Shown piece by piece: positions 52,101 to 64,000 of a stretch of 64,000 bases of DNA. Where the stretch lies: NCBI GenBank assembly GCA_965153285.1, contig OZ229110.1. One strand, 5' to 3'. The stretch is from Podarcis tiliguerta. Taxonomy: Eukaryota. Every line of letters begins with the position of its first letter. Positions within the stretch are counted from its first letter, which is position 1. The position numbers and the translations under genes are program-made. The notes beneath the pieces are model-generated. The model worked only from the letters and a program-made list of their open reading frames with translations. It ran no database searches and was not told the DNA's origin.

Positions 52101-55100
52101 TTCCCTGGCTCTGTTCCATGTGCCACAGAGCAGCGCGGCAAACTTCTGAACGACAAGTGCTATCCCCTGCCTACAGCTTACTTCAGCAACCATTGTAGAT
52201 TCATTCAGCAGGGAAGAATTTTGAATTCATTCTGAAGTGCAAGGGGTCAAGGGGTAGGAACAAAAGCGTGACTTCTCTCCCCCCCCCCCCAAAAAAAAAG
52301 AAATCTCATACCAGAGTGACCAGACACCACCTGGAAAATATCTTCCTTGGGGATAAAAAGAGGGAGCATCACTGTCCCATAAACCTACCTTCTCCACAAT
52401 GAATGCTGTTATCCCTTGAGAAGCTGGAACAGCACTTGGATCTGTTTTAGCATAAACAATTAGGACGTCAGCATCTGGACCATTGGTAATCCAAAATTTG
52501 TTCCCGTTCAAAACAAAATAATCTCCTAGAAAGGATGAAACAAGCAGAAAATTCTGTTAAGACCCACATGACAGCTTGACATTCCACAAGTAATTCTTCT
52601 TGATTTCTGGAAATCTGATTTCCTCCATTCCTAGGTCTGGCATATCAAGAAAAAGAAAAACTTGCAGAGCTGCATCTTCAACTGCAAAAAAATTATACAG
52701 ACACTACACAGCTCAGTTTTATAGCTGGCTTCTTCTATAACCAGCCAGCTCTCTTGAAAAGTAGGGCTAGAATTGCCCCGATGCTTAAAACATTTTTGTT
52801 TAGGCAAGGCTGTCCAGACTTGCAGATGCTGATGCAATTTGATGCTTTTTGAATATTAATTTTTAATTATTTTTAAATGTTTCAAATTGCTTTTAACTGC
52901 TTTTTTATTGATAATTTTAAATATTTCTTGTAAATTACTTAGAGGTTTCACTAGTATCAAGCACTATACAATAAATTTTCGTAAATAAATACATGCTAAA
53001 ATATATATTGATTCTCAAAATATTCACAACAGGATGCCTGGCCTACAGGCCAGTGTATCTTGAAAACTGTAATTTACATCACACACTCCTTTAACTTTGG
53101 AGTTTTTGTCTCTCAACCCGGCTTCTACATATACAGTTTCTTCCCCAGCTCTTGTTCCCAATACCACTCAATTTCTATTTTAAGGCCACGGGACCTCTGA
53201 AAACCAGACATTTGTCTTCTCCACTCCTGCCTTTCAGCAATCCCAATGAAGCTGAAATTGGGGGGTGGAACCTTTGGCCTGCTCATGCCCTTCTTACACC
53301 TGGATTACCCCTTTCCATTTCCTGCTATTTAATTTATTTATTTATCACATTTTATATCCCATCTTTTTCTCCAGGGAGCATAAGGTGGTGTACACGGTTC
53401 TCCCTCTCCTCACTTAATCCCCACACAATCCTGTGACCAAGGTTAGACAGCGACTGGCCCAAGGTCACCCAGCGAGCGTCATGGCCATGTGGGGTTTTGA
53501 ACCTTGGTCTCCCAGGTCTTCAGACACTCCAGCCATTAGACCACACTGGCTATTCTGTTTGGGAGGATGCAAAGACACACACAGACTTGTGTTGGCAACG
53601 AATGGACAAAACAAAATGCGTAGAGGATCAGAAATGCTTAAACAGCAATGTCCAAAGGTCACTGCAGGTGGCAAATTCCAAATCGGTGGCATTTACCTTT
53701 TCTGTCTGCCCTCAGCCTCATAGAGACAACATCAGAACCAGCATTGGATTCACTCATTGCTAGTGCTCCAACATGCTCCCCGCTGATCAGCTGAAGGGAC
53801 AAGAGGTGACAAGAAAGATACAAAATGAATTGTTTTCCTGCAGTCGTTCCCACTCTTGCCTTAAAAAAAGTATCACAATAAACCTGAAAGTTTTTTCATG
53901 TTATGGTGGGGGCACTAGCTTGGCAGAATTCTCCAATGAGGTCTACTATTTAAGGAATGGCACAAAAATCAAGACATTGCAGTTTCATGAGGACATGGCA
54001 AACTAAAACCTACAGTTTTAGTTGGATTCCTTAGGTAGGAGAGAGTGCCAAGCAAACTGTGCTAGGGGATATAGATGTCCCTCTTAATTCCCTATCCTGT
54101 GCTGTCCTTTGGAAATGGATGATTGGATGGGGTAGATGGTTTGAAGACACTTGCAAAAAGGGCAATTCACAAAGAACAAGACTCTCCAGTGTTTGGAATA
54201 AATCAGCACAATGGGACAAGATGCCAGAATGGTAGGCAATAAACTAAAGTCTTTGACCCTTGCAATGGAATAGCAGGTGGTGACCCTCCTTTTGGGCTCC
54301 CTTACACCACCCTCTGGCACAGCAGCTGCTGCCTCCCCTCCCCATCAATTTCCTCCTGTCCACCTCTCCCCCCACACAGTCTATTCCCTTTCAAACTTCT
54401 TTGGTTTACACGTGAAATAGATTTCATAGCCAATCACTTGTGAGATTATGGCCAACCGCAACACCCCTCTACTAATATTGATTTATGATTTCAAATGTAT
54501 AATGGAATGCTGAGTACAAGTGTCTCAGGTTACTGAGATTCAAACCACACAAGTTTCATCCTGCGCTCAGATGGGCAAAGGCTGTTTATTAGATATAGAA
54601 GTGGAAACTGTCCATTCATTTGGGTGACAGTAGTAGATTAAGAAAAAGGAATGTATTATAAAATCAAAAAAGGCAAAAATCGGGTTCCATTGTAATTCAC
54701 CCCAACTAAATAAAAACCCTGTTTCATGTGGCCCCTGTAGACTTTTTATAAAAGAACACCAGTTTGAGAACTCTACCTTTCCTAGTCATCACAGTCTTCT
54801 TATACACATCCTCTGGCAGGTGAAGACTGTTTATTCCAGCAGGCCTTTGGGAACTGACTGCTCTTAAGGAAAGGGCTTTTAATAGTGCCATGCTGTTTTT
54901 AGTGCTTTTACTATCGCACTGGAAATTGATCATGGGGGGCGGGGAGTGTTCTTGTGTGCCAAACAGCATGGTGAGATTGAGGTAGCCTTGAAGTTTTGGT
55001 TTGTTCTTAAGGGCACAACAGATGATGATGCTGTCAGGGCCTTCTTCAACCTGTTTTCTGTCAGCAGAAGCATCCCATGACTCTCGAGTGCTTCCTCTTC

Positions 55101-58100
55101 TTCCCAAAACTAGCAACAGGCCATCCATGGCAGCAAAGGACAAGCTGCAGGACAAGCTGGTAAATACCCTTGTGTGCAGAGCATGTCGGAACAGTCCGAA
55201 GTTTTGAATTTTTAGAAAGCAAATTAGGACTCACTACAGGGGACCAAAGTGTGTCTGGTGCTATATGACGGATATGACAACAGCTTCCCCTGCTCCTGAT
55301 GAAACACATAAGGCAGTTTCGAACAGCAATGACTCAGAGCTGGGTATGTGTGACAGATCATCCACCAAGTGATCAACTTGCATGTGTTAATCAACCTTAT
55401 GGAAATCCAGATGCCATTCCTGCCTCTACTTAATAGTGTGTGTGTTAACTATTCTACACTAAATTCTGAAAAAGGCAGAGGGATACCAAAGCCAAGAATG
55501 CAGACTTTTCCAGCTTGCACCTTCCAAGCCGAAGGTGGGAGGCGGATGCCAGTCTGGTTCAACAAAATGCAATTCTAAATATGTCTGATGTAACTCAGTG
55601 GAACTTGCTCTGGAGTAAATGTACTTAAGCTTTCATTGCACATTTGGATTTCAAACCAATAGTCTTTTCTCCCAAATATCTGTGACTTTTACTTGTAGAA
55701 ACAAAACAGAAGAATTTTTTTTTAAAAAGCTATTGAGTTCAGGTTGTTTTGTTTTTTTTAAAAAATGACTTTTCATTAATAATGTTTTAGATGGTTTTTT
55801 ATATGTTTTCTCATATTTAACTAAATTATTTAATTGTTTTTATATCTGCCACCCCAGGTGCCTTTGGGAGGAAGGGCAAAGTAGAAATTTAATAATAAAT
55901 AAATGCTTGGAAATATAAAATTAAATTTGAAATAAAATGATGGGGGCAAAGTGTCCAATTTTGGAGCATCATTTTTCTTTGCTCTAAGAAACATGTTCTG
56001 TAATTGAAGTTGTTACCCAGCGTGCTTCTGGTTCCCTGGATACATCAGACTCCACGATTCCACATACCTTGGGCAAGTACTTCTCTTTCTGTGCTTCGTT
56101 GCCGTTCCTCACCATCTGATTGATGCAAAGGTTAGAGTGGGCACCGTAGCTCAGCCCAACAGCTGCGGAAACCCGAGAAATCTCTTCCATCACCAACACG
56201 TGGTCCAGGTATCCCATCGCAGAGCCACCATATTCAGCTGGTAAGGAGAAGAAAATATTTATAGACTTACCTAGACCACAGTCGAAGAGCCTTGTGACAC
56301 AGTTAAGATTTATAACGCCATAGCCTTCCTTGTACTCCACTCCACTCATCAGATGCGTGAAGTGTAATCCCAAACTGGCTGGCATATATGCACATACCAT
56401 CAGGAGGTGGGGCAAAAGTGAAGTCAGAGGGAAGCAAACAACAAAGAGAGCAGGCAGTGATGAATGAATTACACAGTTACAACTTTAGGAAATGGTGGGA
56501 GATATTTCATATGACTAACTCCTAGTGGCGCATGCAATATGCGCCAACTAGGGCTCCCTTTGTGTGCATGCTCCATCAGAGGCATGTATATGTTTGTCAC
56601 ATGTAACAAAAGTACACATTCTTTCCAAACAAAGGCAATATCCATATAGAAGACATGTCATTCATAAGGTGTTCTTTTAGACCTCAGCAGCCTTGGCCTT
56701 TGACAAATTGCCAGTGAGCTAATTGGGTCTGTTTTCCTCTCAAGCCCTTGATCTCCAATTATTCATTCACAGACATTACTAACTGCAGCATTTCCCACTT
56801 AAATATACCATATTTCGTCAGAATGAGGAAGGCAGGGCTAGCTACACACTCACCTGGAGCAGTTATTCCTAGAACACCTAGATCACCCAGCTTCCTCCAG
56901 AATGCCTACAAAGAGCAGAGCAAAGCTATTAGAGAGACCCTAACCTTTCACAAGACCAGGAACCAGGTTTTTTTTCTATCATCTCCCTGAACCTATCATT
57001 TTAATGTCCCCACAAAAGCAAAAAGCTGGGCAAAATAATGGTTGTCATGGAACCTGCTGTGAAACAGAAGGTCACAGCCACCTTGAATACTTCACATCCA
57101 CTAAAGATATGTTCCATAAAAATTAAGAAATACTAAAAAAAATTAACAACTTCTTCCATGCTGCTGCCCAGCTAGAGCCATCAGAACGATGTACTCTATA
57201 ATCCTAAATAAGTTAAGACATGAACTTGCATTACACGAATGTGATGAACATTATAAGCATTTATATAGCACCCTCAATGTACATGGCTCCAGACATGTGG
57301 CTCTTCTGCAACCCAACCTGATAGTATTTCTGCTACAAGCTCAAAACAAGCACTCTGCCATCATTTTGCAGACAATCATTAGCTCACCAAGATCAAAGGA
57401 GTCTATACAACATTCTTTTCCACAAGGTGATCCCAGGTAGTCAAAACATGTGTCACATATCTGCTATAAAGGTCTCTGTGGGATGGGGAACACAAGACAC
57501 AGGAGGAGAAATGAAGGGACTGGATTATACAGTAAGCTCACAACCTATGTGGGAGTTACTGTATTTTTTGCCCCATAGGACGCACCGGCCCATAGGACGC
57601 ACCTAGTTTTTTGGGGGGAAATAAAGGGGAAAAAAATATTTCCTCCCCAGATGCGAGGGAAGCCCGAGCTTCCCCCGACTCCAGCCCCCAGAACAGGCTG
57701 CTATCCGCAAGCCGTGGGAGAGCTGCGCGAAGTCGCGCGGCTCTCCCACGGCTAGCGGAGGGCTGCGCGAAGCCCGAAGTTGGGGCGTGCTGAGCTCAGC
57801 GTGCCCCAAGCTTCTGGGTGCAGGCAAGCTCTCCGCTAGCCTTGGGAGAGCTGCGTCTCCCATGGCTAGCGGATAGCTTCCTGAAGCTTGGAGGGCGAGA
57901 GGGGTCGTGTGCACCGACCCCCCTCGCTCTCCAGGCTTCAGCGAAAGCCTGCATTCGCCCCATAGGACGCACACACATTTCCCCTTCATTTTTGGAGGGG
58001 AAAAAGTGCGTCCTATAGGGCGAAAAATACGGTATGTTCCGTGGATTACACCTAAAGCCAAAATTTCATATAGTCAAAACCCATTGGGTTCAATAATAAT

Positions 58101-61100
58101 AATAATAATAATTTTATTATTAACTGGGGTTTCCCCAGCCACTCTGGGCGGCTCCCAACAGAATATGAAAAATATGATAAAAAATCAAACACTATAAATT
58201 TCCCTAAACAGGGCAGGTGGGATTGCCAACAATGTTTTTCCAGGAACCCTGCCCACTTTTAAATTCTCCCCCATGTGCATAAAGCTGAATGTGCACCAAG
58301 TTAAATGGACAGAAGTTGTGGGCTTACTGTACAACAAAGATAGCCAGAGATGATGTAACTGTAGAAACCAAAACATCTGCAAACCTTGGACCAAAACAGG
58401 TTTCTCCTCCTGCTTCCTTCCCTGGTTAGCTAACTGGTTTTAGAAAGGAATCTTGTGTTGCCCTATTACAATCTTCTTTTAATGTCAGCGTTGAATCAAT
58501 CCACACATCCTTACTTGTGCAGCATTGAACTGCAGACTTGTGGCTGCTAGAACGAAGGATTTGGTGCAACTGTTGGCTGAAGAGGTGGCTCAGGTTTGGA
58601 GAAGGATAGTAATTTTGTATAGGAGCAAGAGTTCAAAAAATTTTGATAAACACTCTTTTTAGTTCATCTCGCTCCAAGCAGATGTCCCTACAGTCCAATA
58701 AAACCAGCACTGTTCCCCCCAACTTAGTGTAGCTCTACATGCACATCACCATTTAGATCAACCTTTGCTTATGAGTCACTATTCTGATGTGGGAAAAACC
58801 AATTAAATAGCAGTGTTCATCTCCTAGAACTGACATACTGTCCGTGAGCCCCTATCTCTTCTGCAGTGATGGTTCATCTTCCCAAGACATTCCTGACACA
58901 CTGAAAAATGTGACAGGTTGCCAATCAGCAGGTTTTCCTCACTGGCAGGGTGACAGGGAACCACAGCACCATTAAGCCAAACAATTTCAAATTAGGAGCC
59001 AGCCACTTATAATCAGGAGATCAGCTCAGAAACCAGAACACTTTGTTTTTAGAGCAGCTTCTGGGATCTCTCAGTATTTGACACTCCTCTGTCATATCAG
59101 CTCGAATCCAGGAAGTTTCTTCTTCCTGCACATCTCACAATGATTTCCCCCTAGGTCTGCCTGTCCAGCCAGAATCTGAAACAGCGAAGGACAGGTCTTT
59201 TGGTAGTGTGGGATATGCCCAACTGAACTTCACACAAAGCTGCTGTTGGTCCATCCAGCCAAATAATGTCTACCCTGACTGGCAGCAGCTATACAAGATC
59301 ACAGGTAAAGCTTTGCCCTGAGCCTGCTACCTTGGATGTTTTAGCAGCTGAAGCTTAGAGGGAGGCACCAGGGCTTGAAACCAAGAGCTTCTGCATGAAA
59401 ACATGTGCTCTGCCCCTGAGTTACTGCCCTTCCCTTTGGAGGGACTCATTGGACGGCTTTTGCTTGTATATACAAGGCAAGGCAAGGAATTTATGTCTTA
59501 TAAATGTCCCAGCTGCCCTGGGAAGATGGAGGCACATGGAGAAGGGGAACTGACCAAACATGTATATTTTATTCATTCTTGCTGAATGGCATACATGTCC
59601 TTTTCCCTCATGGATTTAGTTGTTTGTTCTTTCTAATGGGTAGGCATTTTGTAACTTTCTCAGACCCTTCATATTTGCATCCTTTAAATTATATTCATGC
59701 ATCTCCCGAAGTCATGTTATATAGTAAGTACAGAAGCACTTACCCTCATGCCTGCAAATTCATTCTGCTGATCAATTTCTTGGGCCTTTGGAGCCAAGTG
59801 CTCCTGACAGAATTTGAACATAGTTTGCCGAAGCTGTTAGAAATGAAAATGTAAAAGTGCACATTATAAATCACAATTGCTAAGTTCCTTCCTTTGAATG
59901 CTATCAAAAAGGTTCCCTAGCTGTTTTTCTTTGAGATCTCAAGCCCGGAACAGAATATTCTATTAAATTCCCACTTACTGTCAATAAAACTATTTAGCGC
60001 TAACTATGGTGGCAGCTGAAACCTGTGAAGCTACTGACAAAGCACTTTCTGTCTAGTCTACAATGTGTATCTCTTGATATTTTAAAATAGGTTTAATCTG
60101 GTTTTTAAACAGTAACATGAAGACGTTTGTTGGCTCTGGTTAAAATATTTAATGGTAAAATATACCAAAAGAACTTGGGGGTGAGGATGGGTAGAAGAAA
60201 GTTCACACTAATTCCCAACTACCCTTGGCCCTATCTATGCAGCATGCCAACACCGAAAAAGTGATGGTTCAACTAAGCAAGCAATGTGACATTTCAAAGT
60301 CCCAAAGCCAGCAAAACCAAATCAAACCCCACAGAGCCATTCTAAAGAATGCAGCATGCAATACATGGCCCAAGACTGCTGACTGAGCCAAACTGATGGA
60401 TGGGATCCTGGGGTCTCTCAGGAATATGGCGAAGCCTCAGAAGCAGAAGGCCTTGGCTGTCACTGGCCCTGAAACACCCTGTTTTGAGGTCTTCCACTGA
60501 GGGGAGATTTACATTCATAGAGCCTTCTGCAAATATAATAGTGCCCACTAATAGAGGAACATTTCAGCCTCTTCTTAACTGATATGGGAGTTGGCACTTG
60601 CTCTGTAATGCTACTATTGGATGAGATGCTTTAGTTTGTACATAACAAGACTATCATTTGGGCTTAATCAAGACTTCTTTTTTAAAAAACTCACTTAAAA
60701 ACCTATATGATCAAGTATCATTAGCCCCACTTTTTACAGGAGAAACAAACTGCACTAAGATGGATGGACGCAGCAAGAGAGGTTTACAGCCAAATCACTG
60801 CTTGATAAGCTATAAAAGGTTTTGCTACATCACTGCTACACACACCGTATACTATAAAGATGACAGTGGAGCTAGTATATACTAAATCACATCACTATGT
60901 ATCTTGTCCAAACCTGCCTCTCTGAACTGGTAGTGGCCCTCCAGGGTTTCCAGCAGAGGTAATTCCAGCACATGCAACCCAAGTCACAGATGGCACTCTG
61001 CACCCACACAAAACGTACGTTCTACAACTGAGCAGTAATCCCAGAACATAAGAGACAACCCACATGATCCTAAAACACATCTGTGGAATTTCCTCCCCCA

Positions 61101-62913
61101 CGAACTCAAGTCTGGCTCACTTCTGCAGGCCTTCAAAACAGACTCTAAATGTTCCCCCTCACAAACTTTTTATTGATTTCATTGCTGAGTCCTTATGTAT
61201 TTGTATCAGATGCTGCTTTTGATCTATATCGTTTATTGTATTGGTTTTAAAAGTCATTGCAAACTTCCTTGTGGGAGCTTGCCATGAAAGGCAGGATAGA
61301 AATAACTCAGACAACGTATTTACTTGGAAATCCTACTGGTTCCAGTACAATTTAAGTTGCCAAGAAATCATACTTAGAATTGCATCTGAAGAGAGCAGTG
61401 CTGCAAGAGCCTAACTGAAATTTAGACACTCCCTCCCTTGACTTTGTGCCATTGTGTCACGAGGTGCAGTAAGAAGCTACCAGTTGCTGACTAAGATTTA
61501 GAAAACACCTTTTCCAAGGCTAGCAGCACACTCTTTCAAGGAGACACAAAGGAAGAAAATGAACTGGTGGAAACTGACACGCACCCTTAAAGGAACTTTT
61601 ATTTATTCTTTGGTGCTTTTGAAAGGATAGGGATAGTGGAAATATCCTCCTTTATATGGAAAATTACTGATAGAATGCTGGTAAGCTGTGTTATCTTATT
61701 CCCTGACTGAAAAAACTTGGGAGAGCTATCTAGCTTACACCATCCTAGAAGAAAATCTAGTTACCTGAGCCATTTTGGAATCGAGTAGCTTTAACAGGTT
61801 TCTCCAGATAGAGCTGAACAAACATATACCTCCTAACTTCTGAACTAAACTACATGTGACTGCCACCCAAAGGTATTTCATGTACAAATGAACCTGCAAT
61901 CTAAAGCAGAGGACTGTCACAAGGTGGGGGGGGGGGAGGGGTTGTTGACGCCTTCCTATCTGGTGGCTTTGTTATTGATGCTGGTTGTTAGCTGTCACCC
62001 CCTTAACCAAAGTTGGGGGGGCAGGAGAGAAAGGGTGGGTGGGAAGCACTTGTTTTAATAGTAAACTCAGAAGATGAGAAAAGCTCGATCACAGCCTCCA
62101 CAGCTGCATTTTTGTAAGAGAAAGAAAACCAATTCACTACACTTCGTCTGGCCATTAAAAGAGTGATCTTATCACTTAGGAGCGGAACATTAATCTGCAA
62201 TGGTGACTGTAACTAAGAAAGGGCAGCTACTCCGAATTAACTGCTGTGCTAAGGGTGCAAATCTGTGTCCACATCAACATGAGATCTCACACAGGGACCC
62301 TTTCATTCGCTCCAGAATAAAAGACGTCCAGGCCGACTTGCAGCTGTGGAACTTATAAAGGGCAGCCCTGTAAAATAATAGAAAGTAAGTTGCTGCGCTG
62401 GGAGGAAGATGGGATCAGGGCTGCCTACAAGTTGCCCTTTCAAACTCGGAAGTCGTCCTGCACCGTATTAGAAATTTGAGGACACGATAGCCCAGTGCCG
62501 AGGAGAGGGGTGGAGCGGGCACTCTGCAGGCGCTCAGAGGCGCTCGCGTCTTTCCGACCACTGCTCCATATGGTCCAGAGCAAAGCCCTGTTATTGAGAA
62601 CTGGCCGTGGCAGGAGAAGGCCCTGCGCCAGCCCGACGGGGCGGGACCCTTCGAGGCCAAGAGGAGCGCGGCTCTGAAGCGCGGCTCCTGCGCGGGGTCT
62701 GGACGGAGCAGGCGCAGAGAGAAAGGCTCCCGGCGAGCGACCTTCAGCCCAGCAAGGGCTCCGCTGTACCTGCTGCTGCTCCTCGCTCAGCCCATTAACC
62801 GTATCATCCAGCGGGGCTCCAGCGCAGCCTCGCCGCGCCTGCCACAGTCCTTCCAATAAGCGGCGCCGGGCCCAGCCGGCCACCCCTCGCCTCAGCGCCG
62901 ACGCCGCAGCCAT
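46037..62913 (-). CDS. IVD: Isovaleryl-CoA dehydrogenase, mitochondrial (12 coding exons, 423 aa)
   Basis: Exons joined by hand: 144+90+52+170+94+137+97+94+82+105+73+134 = 1272 nt, open frame, all GT-AG. Contains the acyl-CoA dehydrogenase motifs GALAMSExNAGSD and [10 protein letters not shown], the IVD catalytic Glu region GLDLERLVL, and YEIGAGTSE. The Arg-rich N-terminus looks like a mitochondrial transit peptide. Confidence 0.98.
46486..46558 (-). CDS. IVD: IVD exon 11 ([24 protein letters not shown])
   Basis: ccag| acceptor, |gtaag donor, 73 nt. Confidence 0.97.
47177..47281 (-). CDS. IVD: IVD exon 10 ([35 protein letters not shown])
   Basis: attag| acceptor, |gtgagc donor, 105 nt. Confidence 0.97.
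47432..47847. mobile_element. Tigger-like MITE in IVD intron 9, containing a nested mariner-type MITE (47499-47712)
   Basis: Outer TIR caggaagcccgcaactta/taaattgcgggcttgctg; inner TIR cagtggtacctc/gaggtaccactg. Confidence 0.82.
48348..48429 (-). CDS. IVD: IVD exon 9 ([27 protein letters not shown])
   Basis: ttgcag| acceptor, |gtgag donor, 82 nt. Confidence 0.97.
49521..49614 (-). CDS. IVD: IVD exon 8 ([30 protein letters not shown]), contains the catalytic Glu
   Basis: cacag| acceptor, |gtaaat donor, 94 nt; found by reading the minus strand. Confidence 0.97.
51597..51693 (-). CDS. IVD: IVD exon 7 ([32 protein letters not shown])
   Basis: ttcag| acceptor, |gtgagt donor, 97 nt. Confidence 0.97.
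52389..52525 (-). CDS. IVD: IVD exon 6 ([28 protein letters not shown]...ITAFIVEK)
   Basis: ctag| acceptor, |gtagg donor, 137 nt. Confidence 0.97.
53330..53552 (-). mobile_element. Older Squam3-type SINE in IVD intron 5
   Basis: Minus-strand agccagtgtggtcta...ggttcaaa head, gggtgaccttgggccagtc core, (TAAA)n tail. Confidence 0.75.
53697..53790 (-). CDS. IVD: IVD exon 5 ([31 protein letters not shown])
   Basis: ttcag| acceptor, |gtaaat donor, 94 nt; acyl-CoA dehydrogenase signature 1. Confidence 0.97.
56068..56237 (-). CDS. IVD: IVD exon 4 ([21 protein letters not shown]...QKEKYLPK)
   Basis: ccag| acceptor, |gtatg donor, 170 nt. Confidence 0.97.
56854..56905 (-). CDS. IVD: IVD exon 3 ([17 protein letters not shown])
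   Basis: tag| acceptor, |gtgagt donor, 52 nt. Confidence 0.96.
57530..58329. mobile_element. Tigger-like MITE in IVD intron 2 with two nested insertions: Tc2/pogo-like MITE 57559-58032 and L2 tail 58095-58211
   Basis: Outer TA-flanked TIR cagtaagctcacaac/gttgtgggcttactg; inner TA-flanked TIR ctgtattttttgccccataggacgcac/gtgcgtcctatagggcgaaaaatacgg. Confidence 0.85.
59744..59833 (-). CDS. IVD: IVD exon 2 ([30 protein letters not shown])
   Basis: ctaacag| acceptor, |gtaagt donor, 90 nt; not in the ORF track. Confidence 0.96.
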
Positions 62914-63190
62914 CTCGGTTCCTTGTGCGACTCGCCAGGCCCGTGGATCCTGGCTCCGCCCCAGAGGCCTTCTCTACCAACCAGCGCTAGCGGGTGGGGA
63001 CTGGTTGCCCAATGAGAGGGGTGGGAGGGAGAAACAAGAGCCAATCGCTGCGAGGACGCTGCCTTAACCAAAGCCAAGGCTTCGGGTGGCCCCGCGGCGG
63101 GCGGCGCTTTCGCTTCCGCGCTGCCCCACAACCCTTTTGATGTGAAATCTCAAAAGCACTTTTTCCGGTGTGCGGCTGTCGTGGAAAAGA
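62440..63190 (-). promoter_or_regulatory. IVD CpG-island promoter
   Basis: CpG-dense region around exon 1; GC box (ctccgccc, ~62954), two CCAAT boxes (~63010, ~63041), ETS-like cttccg (~63113). Confidence 0.85.
62770..62913 (-). CDS. IVD: IVD exon 1 ([10 protein letters not shown]...[13 protein letters not shown])
   Basis: ATG in gagATGG context; CAG|GTACAG donor; 48 codons. Confidence 0.95.
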
Positions 63191-63827
63191 AAGGCAAATT
63201 CCATGGTGGGGATCGTTGGGAAGACGATCGAAAATAAAAGATGAAGCTCTGGACACCATGCCTCATGAAACGATTTTATAGAAGCAGGAAAGGGCAACCA
63301 AAATTACCAAGGAGACTGGAATAACCCCTTGCAAGGAAATGTTATAGCATTTCAGGCTTTTTAATTTAGAAAAATGGCAAGCAAGGGGGGTATGATTATG
63401 CTATTTATTTATTAATTGTCGTCTTCCCCACAAAAAGCAGAACTCATCTGGTATGGTTTTTATTTCATGTCCTGTGGCTTGGTGGTGTGGTCGTGTACAT
63501 GACAATTTTTTGCAGAACAAACCTGACCTTACCTTTCCTCTAGGCTTTGCCACCCAACTCTTTAATATTTTAAATTACTTAGCCAATAGCAAGTTTGCAC
63601 CTTAATACACCCACTGTACTTGGTAGCTCATGAGAAACTAAACTTGGAGTACTTCACTGGCTTGAAGTAAGGACCCCTCCCCTTTAAAAAGTCAAGCATC
63701 AGGAGGTGAATAAACAGGTGCAATTGTGTAAATTCAGTTTTTAAGGAAACAAGGCCTCACACAAGTCTGCAGTTCCATTACTATTGTCTTTCATTGTCCT
63801 GCCCTGATACTAAAGCGAAACCAAGTA

Positions 63828-64000
63828 CAGTTGTGCCTTGGTATGCTGTTGTTTTGGCTCCTGAACGTCACAAACCCGGAAGTGAGTGTTCCAGTTTGCG
63901 GACGTTCTTTGGAACCCAAATGTTCTTGCTGCAGCCAATCAGAACATTCTTGCTGCCGCCAATCAGAAGCTGTGCTTTGGTTTCCGAACGTTTTGGAAGT
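63828..64000. mobile_element. Tc1/mariner-type MITE running off the window end
   Basis: TA+cagttgtgccttgg; homologous to 38403-38641. Confidence 0.8.

Overview
Vertebrate nuclear DNA, most likely a squamate (lacertid-type) lizard, inferred from Sauria SINEs, Squam3-type SINEs, BovB and the CR1/L2/hAT/Tc1-mariner repeat content. The one protein-coding gene I can support is a complete 12-exon IVD (isovaleryl-CoA dehydrogenase) on the minus strand: ATG 62913, stop 46037, 1272-nt CDS, 423 aa, all introns GT-AG, with a CpG-island promoter. Two more CpG islands (about 35.3-36.5 kb and 15.6-16.2 kb) have no recognisable coding exon. They may be the 5' end(s) of the next gene (BAHD1 in human synteny; inference only). 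The rest is non-coding DNA with many nested transposable elements. The most notable structures are: (i) an L1-clade insertion with twin-priming (5'-inversion) architecture inside a BovB copy; (ii) two sibling hAT MITEs with co-oriented ends but an inverted internal segment; (iii) two almost identical young CR1 copies in inverted orientation; (iv) a TSD-bounded non-autonomous RTE-type element. I found no prokaryote-style system and no convincing novel protein-coding system. Repeat family names come from motif recognition, not database searches.
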